Shown here: one piece after another, positions 25,440 to 39,500 of the stretch
Layout: every line of letters starts with the position of its first letter
How positions within the stretch are numbered: position 1 is the first letter of the stretch
Source of the DNA: Octopus vulgaris
Lineage: Eukaryota
DNA: 64,000 nucleotides
Assembly (NCBI GenBank): GCA_951406725.2
Contig: OX597820.1
Span: forward strand, 108,066,001 to 108,130,000
Reading direction: 5' to 3'
The notes under the pieces: generated by a model
What the model saw: only the letters and a program-made list of their open reading frames with translations
Database searches by the model: none
Told to the model about the DNA's origin: nothing
Position numbers and translations under genes: made by a program

Positions 25440-27020
25440 TGGAATGGTATGGTGCTATAGTTACATGTTCTACAGCAACGTTTTACAAAACTTTTTAAAC
25501 TCAAAAGACACAAATTGCATTCCATTGTCAGGCACTATTGTGTTTGGGATGCCAAATCTAGCAAACAACTCATGTAGAAAGTTTGTCGCAGTTGAGGAGG
25601 TTTGTTTGTTTGTTTTTTGTTTACACTTAGAAATTTTCTGGCCATTTAGAGAAACTATCAACTACCACTAAGTTGTATGAACCATTTAAAGGACCAGCGA
25701 AATTGATGTGTAGTCTTGACCATGGCACATCTACTTTTGGCTAAGGTTCACTTTTTATTGTTGGTAATTTTGCCACTAACGCACATCCTCTGCAGCCTTT
25801 CACTAAATTTTCAATTTCTCTGTCCGCTTTTGGCCAGTACATGTAGCTACACAACAAAGCTTTCATTCTCGAAATACCAGGATGTCCAACATGGAATTCC
25901 CTCAACATTTTTTGCAGTGTTTCAGGTGTTACTACTCTCTGTGCATACATCAGTATGCCATCACAAATTGAGTATAGGTTCATGTCTTGGTTTCGTTTTG
26001 CACCAGTCCTGTTCCTATTTACTTTTCCTGTCCACAATATTCTTTCCATTTCTGTTAGGAATTTGTCCTTTTTTGCAATTAGTTTTATGTCTTCTAGGGT
26101 CACTGGTAAATCACATACCACATTCCACTTTACATTTTTCATTCCTGCTTCTGATCTTAATGCTGCAATTACCATGTCTTTGAATGGCTTGCAGTGTTTT
26201 GGTATCAGTCTGGACAACCCATCGACATCCCCTATTTCTTTTGATGGTAATTATTCCCTTTTGTAATCATAGTTCAATGATGTAGTGTCCCATCGCTGTA
26301 GTCTATTTGCTGTGTGTGTTGGTATTCCTTTTTTAGAAGTGTATATTGACAGTAGTGGGTGATGATCCGTTTGTTGACAGAAACTTCTTTCATGAATAAA
26401 TCTATGGAATTTTTCACACTGAATATGATTGCTAACGCTTTCTTTTCTATTTGGCTATAGTTCCTTTCAGCTGGTAATAATGATTGTGATGCATGGGCAA
26501 TCTTTTTACTCACATTTGTGCTGAAGCACGGTTCCTACACAATAATCGCTCACATCTATAACCAATATAATATCCAGCTTTTGATTGAAATGCGTTAAAG
26601 ATAAGTTTGATGTTAAAATGTTTTTTAATTCATCAAATGCCTTCTGGCACTTACCAGTCCAGCACAATTTAGCATTTTTCTTTTAACAAATCATTTAGCC
26701 TTACATTGTGTATATTGGGAATGTAAATTTGGTAGTAATTTACTAAACCCAAGAATGCTTAGAGGATAGTCACATTATTCGGTGTGGGCATATTTTTTAT
26801 CGCAGTTGCTCTGGCTGGATCAGGTTTCCATCTGTTTTTATCTATTATCTGGACCAAGTATTGAATTTTTTTCAGAAAGAACTCTTATTTTCTTCACTTA
26901 TCTTGAAGGTGTATTCTCTTATCTTTTCAAATACCCTTTTGACATGTTCTGCATGTTTGTGTGATTAGCTTTTTATTAGAATATCGTCTAAATAGGTGAC
27001 AGCAAAATCACAATCACTTT
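25440..27020 (-). mobile_element. Second Ty3/Gypsy pol remnant (RT-RNase H-integrase)
   Basis: TYLDDILI, AHASQSLLPAERNYSQIEKKALAIIF, FHVGHPGISRMKAL...YWP and LFARFGIPNTIVPDNGMQF. Confidence 0.9.
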
Positions 27021-27214
27021 TGACACGTAATTCTGAAATAGTGAAGAAGATATGATATTGCTGTGGGCTCGCACTAGACAAGAAGTTAAAAAAATTTTTT
27101 TGCCCATGACACTACATGGACCCTAAGTAAGGCATGTGTAAAATTTGAATGAAATTGGTTGTGTAGATCTCAAGTCTTAGGGATTCACGCAGACAGACAG
27201 ACACACATTCGCAT

Positions 27215-27810
27215 CTTACATTTAACTTTTCTCTTAACACATTTGTGCTTTGTTGTACATACACACTGATAATGCACATCCACCAGAGCATAATAATTTC
27301 ATTCCCTTCCAGTCTTTGTATGCCCTTTACATTCAGGGCTCTACTATGGAACATAGCTGTTTGTACACAAGGATCATACAATCTGCCTTTCATTCTGAGG
27401 GAGAGAGGCTTTTGTCGTTAAGGGAGGTAATAATTCTCTGAACTTTCTCCATCCTATTCTTATTCTAGCAACAATATTTTCAGAACATCCTCCTTCAATG
27501 CTAATTTTGTCACCTAGGTATCAGAAAGTATCTACAACCTTGAGGGAACCTTCTTAGCATTTGAGAAAACTCAATTCCCATGTGTTGTTAGTGTTTATTA
27601 TTCCTACGCATATGTCACATTCAAAGACTATTTTCTCTGTTTACCTACCTTTGATTCCACTGCATCTTTTATGTGTCCATGGCTTACACTGGGTGCAGTG
27701 AATGGAATTCCTTCCAACACCTTTCCAACATAATGAGCAGAACTATTTCCCTGACAGAAAGAATCCACTTTTTTGCTAACTACAATTTTGGTATTCCTTA
27801 AGGCTAGCTG
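27215..27810 (-). mobile_element. Degenerate RTE fragment (family A-related)
   Basis: MKGRLYDPCVQTAM and the WTHKRCS finger region. Confidence 0.75.
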
Positions 27811-30154
27811 TAAAGTTTGATTCAATTTCATGTCAAAACTAGACGACAGGTTTTTTTTAGTTAAAAGATTAGCTCTTGCTCAATGGTATATTTGTTGATA
27901 ACGTTGCTAGCACCCTATTGTGATGTAATAACAATAATTAAACTAATATAGCAGTATGGCTTCCAAGTTTCTCTTATGTTATATATTATAGCGTATATTT
28001 TCTAGTTAGTTTGTTTACAGTTAATGCAGCACTACTTATGTTTCCTATTTGGAAATAGATAAAATTATTTAGCTTTTAAAGTAGGGATATATAATGATAA
28101 AACCGTCTCTTATAACTTATTTAAGTGTTATCATTATACGCAAGTCCTAACTACAGCTATATAAACTCCATAGAGAAATATACTTTCTGGAACGCTTGTG
28201 AACATTAGCGGGTATGTATGTTAAATATATTTTCGTGTTCTTTTAACCGCTATAAAAAAATACAGTTTAATAATTACAGAAATACATTTTATATATAGTT
28301 GAAGAATGTGAAGAAAGAGAAAACATTTTCTACATTAATTTTTATTATATACATATAGCATTTTTATATTATATACATTTTGAAGAAAAGTAAATTTTGT
28401 CGTAGAGAATTACGACTATATATTTTAACTATCTAATTTCTCATTCTAGCTAATATTAAATCTCAACAATTCAAACAAGACTTGTTGGATTTTCCTTGGA
28501 CATGGCATGAAAAATCACCAGTCTCAAAGGAGTGAGTGTCGTGGAGTTTAGTTACATCCAACAAACATTGAAGTTTTTCTCAAAATCCAGGGTTTTTATA
28601 ACTGCTCAACTTTAAAGAATTGAAATTACATACAAATATTATTTAACTAATTCTTAGAATTCCTATGTGAGCAGTTATATTAACCAATGGAAAAACGACA
28701 ATAATATTTCTTTGGCAATACGACATTGCGTCATATTGCCAGCTACCACAAATTGGCGCACTTATTTAAAAATGGCTACTTGCTACACTAGCAATACTTG
28801 TGGAACTTGCATGGTTACTTTGAAAATTCTAAGATGGCATTGTATATTTTTCTTAAACACTTAATGGTGCAAAAGTCACCAAATGTAGTATTGATGAAAC
28901 ATCTCTAAAAGCTATATTCTTATATCTACTTTAGGTGATGTTATTTATTATTTTTTACATCCAGAATAAACAATCTTAAGTTTCTAGAACAAAATTAAAG
29001 ATATCTATGATGATAAAGTGTTAATCTCAATATGGTTATTTGAAAAAATTATAAGATTGTTGAGGTTTTAAGAGACCCATGAAATACATAACTTGTAGGT
29101 TTTCTATCTTGAATTGCTGCAACATCCACATAGGAAGTATTGAAAGTGTAGTTGTAGAGAGAATTATTTATTGTTAAACACTTATTACCTCTTCTAGTTA
29201 TCTATTATTATTTTTATCTTTACATTATTATCTAATATCCCTATATCCTTTCAAGAAGTGAAAGTGCTCTCAAAAGCTGTACATTTAATTGTCCATGAGA
29301 AAATACTGGTTCACTTCTATTCTCCTTTCCATTGTGACGGTTCAATCAAAATTATCGAAAATGTGTTGAATCTGCAGAGCAAATGCTTTAAACATTTTAA
29401 ACTATAAAATGAAATCAGACATTTATATGCCAGCATGGAAAATGAATGTCAGATGATGATGATTATTGTGTTATGGTGTGACTAACTTGGTTGTGCTTTA
29501 ACAAATCTCAGTATGCTGTAAGTGGACCTGTAGAAATCTCAGTCATTGACAATAGTGTGTATGCTTGGTAACTATTATAGTATTTTCTATTTTCACATTC
29601 CCTTCAGTAAACTCTCTCTGTCTCTCTTCAACTCAATATTTAACCATATAATAGCAATCTCTTTCTCCTAGTATTTGTCACTCTCTTTTCGCTTCTCCCT
29701 TCAACTAACCATGTGACAGCATCACACATTTAGCCTTAGTCTTTTGATAATTAAAATTCTTGTTATTTGTTGATATTTTTACAAAAGATTTCTTAAAACT
29801 CTAAATTGTTTTGTGTTAGGTGAATGTTCTGTATACAGTACTTCTCTGTTGTAGATAGCATTCACAGAGTTTGTGTCTTTCCTCCTATGTTGAATCAACT
29901 ATATTTATGATACAGATATACACTTGGTGTGGACATGAACTCCAATACTATAAACATGTTGGTCAAATCCTTACTTCTTTGGTCATTTTACCTCTACTGA
30001 CCCAACATCTATTATATACTTATTACATGGATCAGAAATCACTATTTTCACAATACTCTGCTACCAGTGTGATGTTGAAACATATGATGTTTACTTAGTT
30101 TCATGTGATGCAGTGGATTTTGATGCTTGACAAGTTTCTCTGACTTTTTTTTAG

Positions 30155-30228
30155 AAAACAGATATAAAGTATCTTCTACAAAGTTAAAGGACCTACAAAA
30201 TGAACAAGAAGAGTTCCTCACCTTAAAG
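30155..30228 (+). CDS. TPR: TPR coding exon 3
   Basis: T-tract tag|AA...AAG|gtatgt. Translates (E)NRYKVSSTKLKDLQNEQEEFLTLK; 74 nt, phases fit both neighbours. Confidence 0.85.
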
Positions 30229-30344
30229 GTATGTAACCTTTAGTATCCCCTTCTTTATTAACATTGCTTTGTTGTTTAGAATAACCCTTACTAACGATGT
30301 CATATACACTCTTATATAATGTGGAGTAGCCATGTGTCTCCTCT

Positions 30345-30700
30345 CATCATCATTTAACGTCTGTCTTCCATGCTAGCATGGGTGGGATGGCACTACAAGA
30401 GCCAGCCAGGTCGAAGCCTGCACCAAACTTCTGTGACTGTTTTGGCAGAATTTTACAGCTAGATGCCAACCACTCAACCAAGTGGACTTAATGCTTTTTA
30501 TGTGGTACATGCACAGGCATAGTGAGTAGTGCTTTTTACATGACACAAGCACAGTTGAGGTGAGTAGTGCTTTTTACATGGCACAAGCACAGGCTATTTT
30601 TGTAGAGCTGGATTCCCTTCCAAACACCAACCACTTTACAGTGTAGACTGGGTGCTTTTAAGTGGTACCTGCACTGACAGGATCGCCAAGTACTTGCAAG
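30345..30700 (-). mobile_element. Degenerate RTE 3' region or RTE-derived SINE
   Basis: catcatcatttaacgtctgtcttccatgctagcatggg, the same terminus as other copies. Confidence 0.65.
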
Positions 30701-31569
30701 ACATCATAAAAAAAAATTTAAGAGAGGAGGAGGTGATGATGAAAAGGTTATAGTGAGATAGATACAGGTGTCTTGCTGTAGAGGAAGTACGAAGTTACCC
30801 GGCTGGAGAGAGACAGATCAGGAATGAAGACAGAAACAGGTGTGTTACTGCAAAGAAAATATACAGTTTCCCAACCTGAGGGAAGTGCAGGAGAGAGAGA
30901 GAGTGGGAGGCAGCAGGATAGAGATGGTAGCAAAATGCCAGGCATACTCACAAGGAACAGGGATCAGAATATAAATAAGATGGTTGAGTAAAGGAAGAGA
31001 GAGATATAGATGGTGGCAAGTGCTGGGGCATACCTTGGAGGTTCAAATGCCATAATATGAGTGACAGGATATTGTGAAGGGAATATGATTAAAGAGTGAG
31101 TAAATAGTGAAAGACCTGGGTATATATAGAGTTGGAAGGGCTACTGGATAGCAATGATAGAGAGGAACAGGGGTATAAGGACAGGATTGGGGAGTGAGAG
31201 CTAAGCATAGTGTATGAAGGAGGAAATATGAGAAAGAGATGTAGATTGGTTTGTTGCGGTAGGGTGAGGGAAAAAGTTTTCTTATGTGTGGGTGAAACAC
31301 ACAGGTCAGGGGCTAGCAGGTAGCAATGTTAGAATGAGATAGGGCATGTGAGTAAAACACACAAGTTGGGGGCAAGCAAAGAGCAATGATACAGTGGCAC
31401 AGGGCCAAGAGGACAGGATTGGGGAGTGGAAGGTAATCATAGTACATAAAGCGGAAATGTGAGGAAGTGAAGAGATGTGGAGATGTAGTGTGGTTTGTAG
31501 TGATAGTGTGTGAGAAGTTTTAATTGTGGATGGGGGACACAGCGCTTCTAGAATTCAGTTTCATTGATG

Positions 31570-34530
31570 CGGGTAGGTCTTCTCAAGAACTTCAAATCCT
31601 GTGACATTTCGGTCCATTGTCATTTACTCTGTGAAGCCCAACTTCCTGCGATAGTCCTTACCACTTCATCTCATGTCTTCACGGATCTCCATCTTCCACT
31701 TTCAGTAATTGACACTTCTTTATGCAGCTGTCCTCATTCATATACATCACATGTCCAAACCGACGTAGTCTTCTCTCTTGCATGCTACATTTGATTCCGC
31801 TTATGCCCAATTTTTCTCTCAATACATTTGCACTTTGCTGTCCATGTGCACTGATGTTGCACATCCAGTGGAGCATAATACCTTTGTTTCTCTCCAGTCT
31901 ACGCATGTCTTCTGCATTCAGAGCCCATGTTTCACTACCATGGAGTATAGCTGTTCATACACAAGCATCATATAGTCTACCTTTCACTCTGAGAGAGAAT
32001 CCTTTTGTTGCCAACAGGTAATAGCTCTCTGAACTTCTGAACCTCTCTGAACCTCCACCCAATTCTTATTCTAGAAACAATACTTTCAAAGCATCCTGTA
32101 CCATTGCTAATTTGGTCACCTAAGTCATAGAAACTACCTACAACCTCAAGAGAGCCTCCTGGGCATTTGAGAGGATCTAATTCCTGTGTGCTCTTAATGC
32201 TTATTGTTCCTGCACATCTGCCATATACAAAGATTACTTTATCTGTTAATCTACCTTTGATATCACTGCACCTCTTATGTGTCCATAGTTGACATTGGGT
32301 GCAGAGAATAGAATTTCTTCCAACTCCTTTCCTACATATGGAGCAGGGCCATTTACCTTTCTTACTAACAACCACTTTTGCCTTAGCTAGGTTAACTTTA
32401 AGGTCCTTTGATTCCAGGTTTTGTTTCCATAACTGGAATTTCTTCTCCAATTCTGCTAAAGATTCTGCAGTAAGAGCAAGGTCATCAGCATATAGTAGTT
32501 CCCACTGGCACCTAGTTTTGAATACCTCGGTTATGGCCTGAGGACTAGAATGAATAAGAGTGGGCTGAGAACTGAACCCTAGTGAACCCCTACCTGAACA
32601 CTACATTCATCAGTGTATTCATAGCTGAATCTCACCTTACTGATAGCACCACTGTACATGGCTTGGACAGCCCTAACAAGCCACTCATCACTCCTAACTT
32701 CCTTAGAGACCACCACATAACAGCAAGGAACTCTGTCGAAAGTTTTCTCCAGGTCGATGAAGGCTTAGTACAGTGGCTTACTTTTGGCCAAGTACTTTTC
32801 CTGTAGCTGTCTCACTAGGAAGATGGTATCTGTGGTGCTCTTCCCAGCTACAAAACCAAACTGCATCTCATCTAGTTTAATTTTGTTTCTAATCAATTGA
32901 GCTATAACCCTCTCAGTAATTTTCATGACTTTGTCTAGCAGTTTAATACTTCTGTAGTTTCTATCTAAGGCATCACCTTTACCCTTGTAGTAGCTAACTA
33001 TAATGTTTCTACACCAGTCACTGGGGATGGTACCTTCCTGAATAACCTGATTAACTATACAGGTGACTAAGCTGTATCCTACACCACTAGAAATTTTAAT
33101 CATCTCGGCAGTGATTCCTGATGGCCCAGGGGCTTTCCCTATCTTCTGCCTTATCTATTATGCTGCTATCAACTCTGATGGCTGGTCCCTCAATTGGTTT
33201 GATATTTGGTAAACTCTCCTCCCATTCATTTTCCATGTTTAGTAACCTTTCATAGTGACACTTCCATGCATCTTTCACTAAGTGTAAGCCTACCATTATC
33301 CATTTGTACACATTTCTCACCTACCACATCTTTATTTTCTCTGTTACACTGCTTCGCAATCCTGAACACCTCACACCTCTGATCCTCATGTTGTAGGACA
33401 TATGCAAATCTCTTACCTTCAGCTATTCCTTTTGCTAAGTATTTCTGATACCTAACTGCCCTTTGGCTACCTGATATAATTCTCTACTTCTACTGTTTTA
33501 CCAGTCTTTCCAGGCCTGTCTTTTTGCTTTTATAACACTGTCAAACTTTTTGCTCCACCCCCATGTCATCCTTGGTGTAGCTGGGAGTCTGCACCAACCT
33601 CAGATTTCATCCGTAGCTCTCAGTAGATTGTTCTGCAAGAACTTCTAGTTGTCCTGTAACCTAATTGTCCCAACTCTCCCTCTCTTTTGTCAGAAGCTTC
33701 CATTAGTAAATCTCTAAATTTTTGTCTGTTTGCTGGGTCTTTGAGCTTCCATAATCTTCTTTTCCAGATTGGCTTATTTCTCTGAGTCTTTCTAGCTCTA
33801 ATTCTGAAGTCACTAACTAGTGACGTATGTTGTTGTACACTCTTCACCTGGGAAAGACTTTGCATTTTTAAGCGTCCATCTATCTTGTTGCCTGGTGAGG
33901 AGGTAGTCAGTCTGGCTTATGTGCTCACCAGACTGATCAATGATTAAGTAGCTATCTGGGTTTTTTTAAGTTAGTGTTGCAGATCATGAGATAATTTGCA
34001 TCACAGAACTCAGCAGTCTTGTTTCTTCCTCATTTCTAGGTCCAAAACCATAGCCCCCCTGCACTCCATGGAATCCATGGGGATACTGTCTAACATGTCC
34101 ATTGAAGTCACCAGTCACAGTAACAAAGTCTTGTCATTTGTTGTTGAGGTGGTCTGCAAAAGGATCTCATAGAATTGGTCCTTCTTCTCATCAGTCAGCC
34201 CAGACTGAGAAGCATAAGCAGAGATGAATGTAACTGTTAATTTACCTATGATAAGTCTCATATTAATTACCCTATCTCATACTCTGACTACCTCAATTAC
34301 CTTATCTACCCACTTTTCTGCTAACTGTATACCTACTCCACCCACTCCATCATTCCTGCTGACCAAGAAGAATGGAATCTATCTGAGGTTCCCCTCCATC
34401 TAGCTTCTTATACATTACATACATCAATATGGCGTCGCTCTAACATTTCAACTATCTCCCCACTCTTTCCTTTTATTGTGCCAACATTGATAGTACTGGC
34501 TCTGAGTACTTGGGAGTGGTTGCGGTAAGG
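31570..34530 (-). mobile_element. Near full-length degraded RTE LINE (APE endonuclease plus RT)
   Basis: APE motifs TINVGT, GDFNGHV and DYLL. RT motifs YRSIKLL, QFGFVAGKSTTDTIFLVRQLQEK and LLYADDL. Also the Cys finger and RRLRRFGHV. Confidence 0.9.
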
Positions 34531-34599
34531 TAGTTGTGGGAATTTTGTCATTATGAAGATCTGCGAAAAAGCTTGCCAGCCTGCATTGAGTTTTGATAC

Positions 34600-34816
34600 T
34601 GAGTTTTCAACCAGGGTTTCGTGGAACCTTAGGGTTCCACCAGTACAGTCCAGGAGTTCCGCAAGAAGTTACAAAACTGCTAAAATCGGCAGTAATTTTT
34701 AATTCTCCTGTGCTGATTTGTGTGCATAAGACTATTAAATTATTGCACAGGGGTTCCTCGAGCCAGTGGAATATTTCCTTGGGGTTCCACTCCAGCAAAA
34801 AGTTTGAAAAGCACTG
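34600..34816. mobile_element. Probable hAT-type MITE remnant
   Basis: ggaacc/ggttcc subterminal palindromes and a terminus tttgaaaagcactg (CAGTG-type TIR); the other end is degenerate. Confidence 0.5.
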
Positions 34817-34974
34817 ATCTAGAGCAAGAGCCAACTAGTGGGCATGAGAATAGGGTGGTTACATAGGGCAGTATTATGTCTTTTCATATATGAAGAACAT
34901 GTCAGGGCACTTGTATGAGGGTTATAAGGATTGGGTATAAGGGCATGCTCAAAATATGTATTCACATACATAGA

Positions 34975-35515
34975 TGAACTTCAATGGAATTTGTATCCTT
35001 GTGGTACCAGTGCCGGTGGCACATAAGAAAACCATCCGAACGTGACCGTAGCCAGTACCGCATCGACTGGCCTCCGTGCTGAGGGCACGTAACAAACACC
35101 ATCCGAGCGTGGCCGTTCGCCAGCCTCGTCTGGCACCTGTGTCGGTGGCACATAAGAAAACACCATCCGAGCTTGGCCGTCTGCCAGCCTCGTCTGGCAC
35201 CTGTGTCGGTGGCACATAAAAAAACACCATCCGAGCGTGGCCGTCTGCCAGCCTTGTCTGGCACCTGTGTTGGTGGCACGTAAAATCACCATCCGAGCGT
35301 GGCCGTCTGCCAGCCTCGTCTGGCACCTGTGTCGGTGGCACATAAAATCACCCACTACACTCTCGGAGTGGTTGGCGTTAGGAAGGGCATCCAGCTGTAG
35401 AAACACTGCCAGATCTGACTGGCCTGGTGCAGCCTTCGAGCTTGCCAGACCCCAGTTGAACCGTCCAACCCATGCTAGCATGGAAAGCGGACGTTAAACG
35501 ATGATGATGATGATG
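34975..35515 (+). mobile_element. RTE family A 3' region with about 6 copies of a ~60-bp tandem unit
   Basis: The unit gtggcacataagaaaacaccatccgagcgtggccgtctgccagcctcgtctggcacctgtgtcg repeats over about 35009-35350; (gat)n tail. Confidence 0.9.
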
Positions 35516-35617
35516 ACAGCACATGAAACGTATGAGTCGCCTGGTGAAAATGTAAATGTACAAATTAAAATGTTGGTGGTGGGGGAGGGTGGGTGTTGTA
35601 ACAAGTGTGCAAAATGG

Positions 35618-36211
35618 ATGTTGAGCACATCTCGTGTAAACTAAGCTTACACACCATATAGCTAATTGGGTTCAGAAGGAAAGCCATAGTATTTAATAGT
35701 AATTATTATTCTTATCATTAAAATATTAATACTAAATTAATATACGTGTACATTTTTAATTGATAAATTTATCTCATAAGCATTTTGCTATAGGAATGGG
35801 AGTCTGGTTTAAATTGAAATGAAATGAAAATTACGTGTGGCCTCAGCAACTAGATATTGAAAGAAATGGGGGAATCCTAGATTCATTGACTAAGTCACAT
35901 TTGAATAATTATAACAAAAACTTAGTGTTGATTCAAGAAAGAGTGAATGAGCGAGTTGTTGATTCAAGAACAGCAGTAAAGAAATGGAACGATATCTGGG
36001 AATGTATTTTAAATATATGAAAGACGATGGTGATGAATGTTGAGCACAGCCCTTGTGTAAACTAAGCTTATGCACCATATCGCTAACTGGGCTTGGAGGG
36101 AAAGCTGTAGTATTTAATAATAATCATTATTATCATTAAAATATTAATACTAAATTTACATGTACATTTTAATTTTAAATTTATCTCAGAAGCATTTTGC
36201 AATGGGAATGA
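35618..36211 (+). repeat. Diverged ~180-bp direct repeat pair
   Basis: atgttgagcaca...gtgtaaactaagctta...agcattttgc...ggaatg at about 35618-35799 and 36037-36211. Confidence 0.8.
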
Positions 36212-36507
36212 GGATAATTCAACAAAGTATAAACTTTCCTCTTCTACCTTCACGTGCACACACACACACACACACACTAAAGATGTAACCTTGTGGTTTC
36301 AATATATTTTTAGTCTCTAACAGCATTCTTACTTGATGTTGCTGAGTTCACTCCAGGTTGACAGGCATTGACAATTCCATCTTTTTTAAAGATAAAGTGT
36401 GCTTTGAGGGAGCTTGCTTGCTATTTCTAGTTAACCAAATGACTACCTTGACTTGTGGGATTGTAGTGAATTGTTTTGATAAAATATGGCCCTTTTTTAA
36501 TATGACC

Positions 36508-39500
36508 TTAGTTAGTTAGTTAGTTAATTTGGCTCAAAAGCAAATAGCAAGGCCATGTAGGGGGACATGGAGTTAAGTACAGGGTGGTGTTTATGTAAAG
36601 AGTTCAGGCCACTTGAGGTCCAGGGAGGCTTTGAACAAAGCGGTCGTCGGCATCTTTACCATCTCGTCTGGCAGCTTGTTCAACGGATCCGCAACCCGGA
36701 CGGAGAAAGCTCCTCTCCTTCGATTGAGATGAAATCGTCGCAGGTAGAGCTTTTCGGAATGACCCCGCAGCCGATGCTCTGGAGCAGGAGTGAAGAACAG
36801 CTCTTTCGAGAGGTTACACTTTCCGCTTATGATGTTGTGGGCGAGAATGAGATCACTACGGCGGCGGCGTTTTTCAAGAGAATAAAGGTTGAGCGTCCTC
36901 AGCCTTTCTTCGTAGGACAAATTTTTGAGACCATGAACCATGCGGGTAGCCAGCTTCTGGACTCTTTCGAGATGCTGTATGTCTTTGAGGAGATAAGGAG
37001 AAGAGGCTTGAATCCCATACTCCAATATGGGTCTCACCAGCGTGACATAGAGTGGTAGGAATATGGCTGCTGTGAGCATTCCGAATGACCGTCGAATCAA
37101 GAACAGAATTCCGCGTGCTTTGTTGGCAGCATGGACACACTGGGCCGAAGGCGAAAAGGAGGAATCCACCAAGATACCCAGGTCCTTTACCTGATCGGTC
37201 CTCTCCAGCAGCAGACGACCCGGCTCGAAATCAAGTTGAGTTGCAGGAGTAGAGCCGACAGCACTTTGACACGTTCAGACACAGGTCCCAATCGTTAGAC
37301 CACTTCCAAATTTGGTGGATGCATCGACGAAGATCCTCTACATTACCGCGAGGAGCGACCAGTTTGATATCGTCGACAAATAGAAGGGTGTGTTGCGTGA
37401 GGTCGTCGGGCAAGTCATTTATGAAGACTAAGAACAACAAGGGCCCAAGCACTGAACCTTGAGGCATGCCACTGCTTGCACTGGAGACGTTGGACCGCGA
37501 ACCATTAACTTGGACTTGGAAGGAGCGATCTGAGAGGAAGGCACCAACCCATCGTACAATATCCGGATGGAAACTATATGCTTGAAGCTTGACAAGTAAT
37601 AGGCGGTGGTTTACCGAGTCAAAAGCTTTGGCAAAGTCCAGTAAAACGATGTCAACAGCATCACTATCATCGAGGATGCGCGTCACCAATTCTTCCATTA
37701 CTAGTAAGTTGGTCAAGCATGATCTCTTCGGCACGAAGCCATGTTGGGAATCAGAGATAGAGGCTGTGTTTAGGAGGTGGAGCATCATACTTTTCTTAAG
37801 GATGGTTTCGAACATCTTGCTGATTATTGATGTAAGGGAAACCGGTCGGTAGTTAAGCGGGTCTTCGCGGCTCCCTTTCTTGAAAATTGGGCAGATTATC
37901 GCTGTTCTCCAGTCTGCAGGTATAACACCCGTCGCCAATGACATATTGAATAGTCGCGTTAAGGGCTCGCAGATGACCGGAGCCAACGCTTTGATAACCC
38001 ATGGGTGTATGCCGTCAGGGCCGTGACCCTTGTTGACATCGAGGCCTTGAATAACACGTTTGACTTCGTCCCGCGTGATGACCAATCGAAGCATTGGAGG
38101 TACCGATCTATCAAATGGAGGGGGTTCACGACCATCATCTTGTTTGAAAATAGTTGAAAAAGCCTCGGCAAATAATTGACTCTGTTGATAAGGGTCCTCA
38201 ATCGATACGCCTGTTGAGTCTACCAACGTTGCAATCTGATTGTTCAAGCGGGAATTCCGCTGGACATGGGCAAAGAAGGTTTTTGGATTGCTACTGGCAT
38301 TTGCCGCGATTTTGTATTCATAACTGAAGCGTTCTTTCTTTTCGATTTTCACGGCTCGGTCTCGTTGTGTTTTGTACACCTCAAAAGCTGCAGTCGAATC
38401 CAGATTTTTGAATTCAGCCCAAGCAATATCTCTGAGTCGACGTTCTCGTTTAACCCTCTTCGTCACCCAGGGCTTGTGTTTCTTCCTCTTGGGAAGCCCA
38501 ACGGGAACTGCCTGGTCAGTCAAACAGATTACATATGCTTTGAGGGATGACCATAGTTCATCAACTGAGGACAACGTCATCAGGGATCGCCAGTCCAGAA
38601 GCACGGAAGCCTCAGTTAGAATTTCAAGATTAATTGCAGAGAAGACTCTACGTGGCAGCGAAGTAGTCGTGGGCGCAGAAAAAGTTGTGTGCATGACGAA
38701 CTTCAGGACCGCATGATCACTCTTGGCAAGAGGGGCGCACACAGATACGTCTGACACTGATCTTGGATAGCGGGAGAATACCAGATCTAGCATAGATGGC
38801 TGCTGCCCAGACCGATGCCTTATATTCAACATGTTGCGATAGAAAACAATCTTCAGCCACGTCAAGAAGGGCCTGGCCGAACCGGGAAGATGTTGTACAA
38901 ATTGATGCGGGCCAATCGATCGTGGGAGCGTTGAAGTCTCCTAGTACCAAACAGTCATGCGAAGCTGAAACGAATCTTATCGCTTCGTGTAAATGAGTAT
39001 CGTCCTGGGGGTCGGCAAGAGGCGGCCTGTATACAGCCAACACGGGCAGGCAAAACTCAGATAGGCTCAGCTTGCAATAGACGGCATCGAATTTTGTTGT
39101 AGGCTGAGCATTAGTGGGTAGAATACCGCTGGACGGTTTGTGCTCAGACTTAACATACACAGCAACACCTCCACCTCGCCTTTTTCCTCTGTCACATCTG
39201 AAAAGGACGTAGCCCTGCAGGTGGATTTCTGAGTCCTTTACTGCTGGAGTCAGCCAAGTCTCGGTGATAGCTATCACATCAGGGGAGTCACGTATGGCCA
39301 GTGTAAATAGTTCACTGAACTTTGGGAATAAGGAGCACGAGTTGGTGTAGACGATGCTGAGCTGTGAAGTCTGAGGGGCGGGAGTTGGGGAACAAGCAGA
39401 ATAAGGGGTATCAGATATAGCATCGTTGACGGGGGTATCAACTTCACTTCGATTTGCCCTCACATCACTTTCCCTGTCAGCACTACAGCATGGGACCAGA

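Noticed and set aside
35009-35350. Regularly spaced repeats resembling a CRISPR array (also 56240-56620 and 13740-13940)
   Set aside because: The spacer-like parts are themselves near-identical, there are no cas genes, and the arrays lie within a LINE 3' region in a spliced eukaryotic gene.
36508-36527. Telomere-like repeat
   Set aside because: The unit is (GTTA)n, not TTAGGG, and it forms the 3' tail of the CR1-group LINE.
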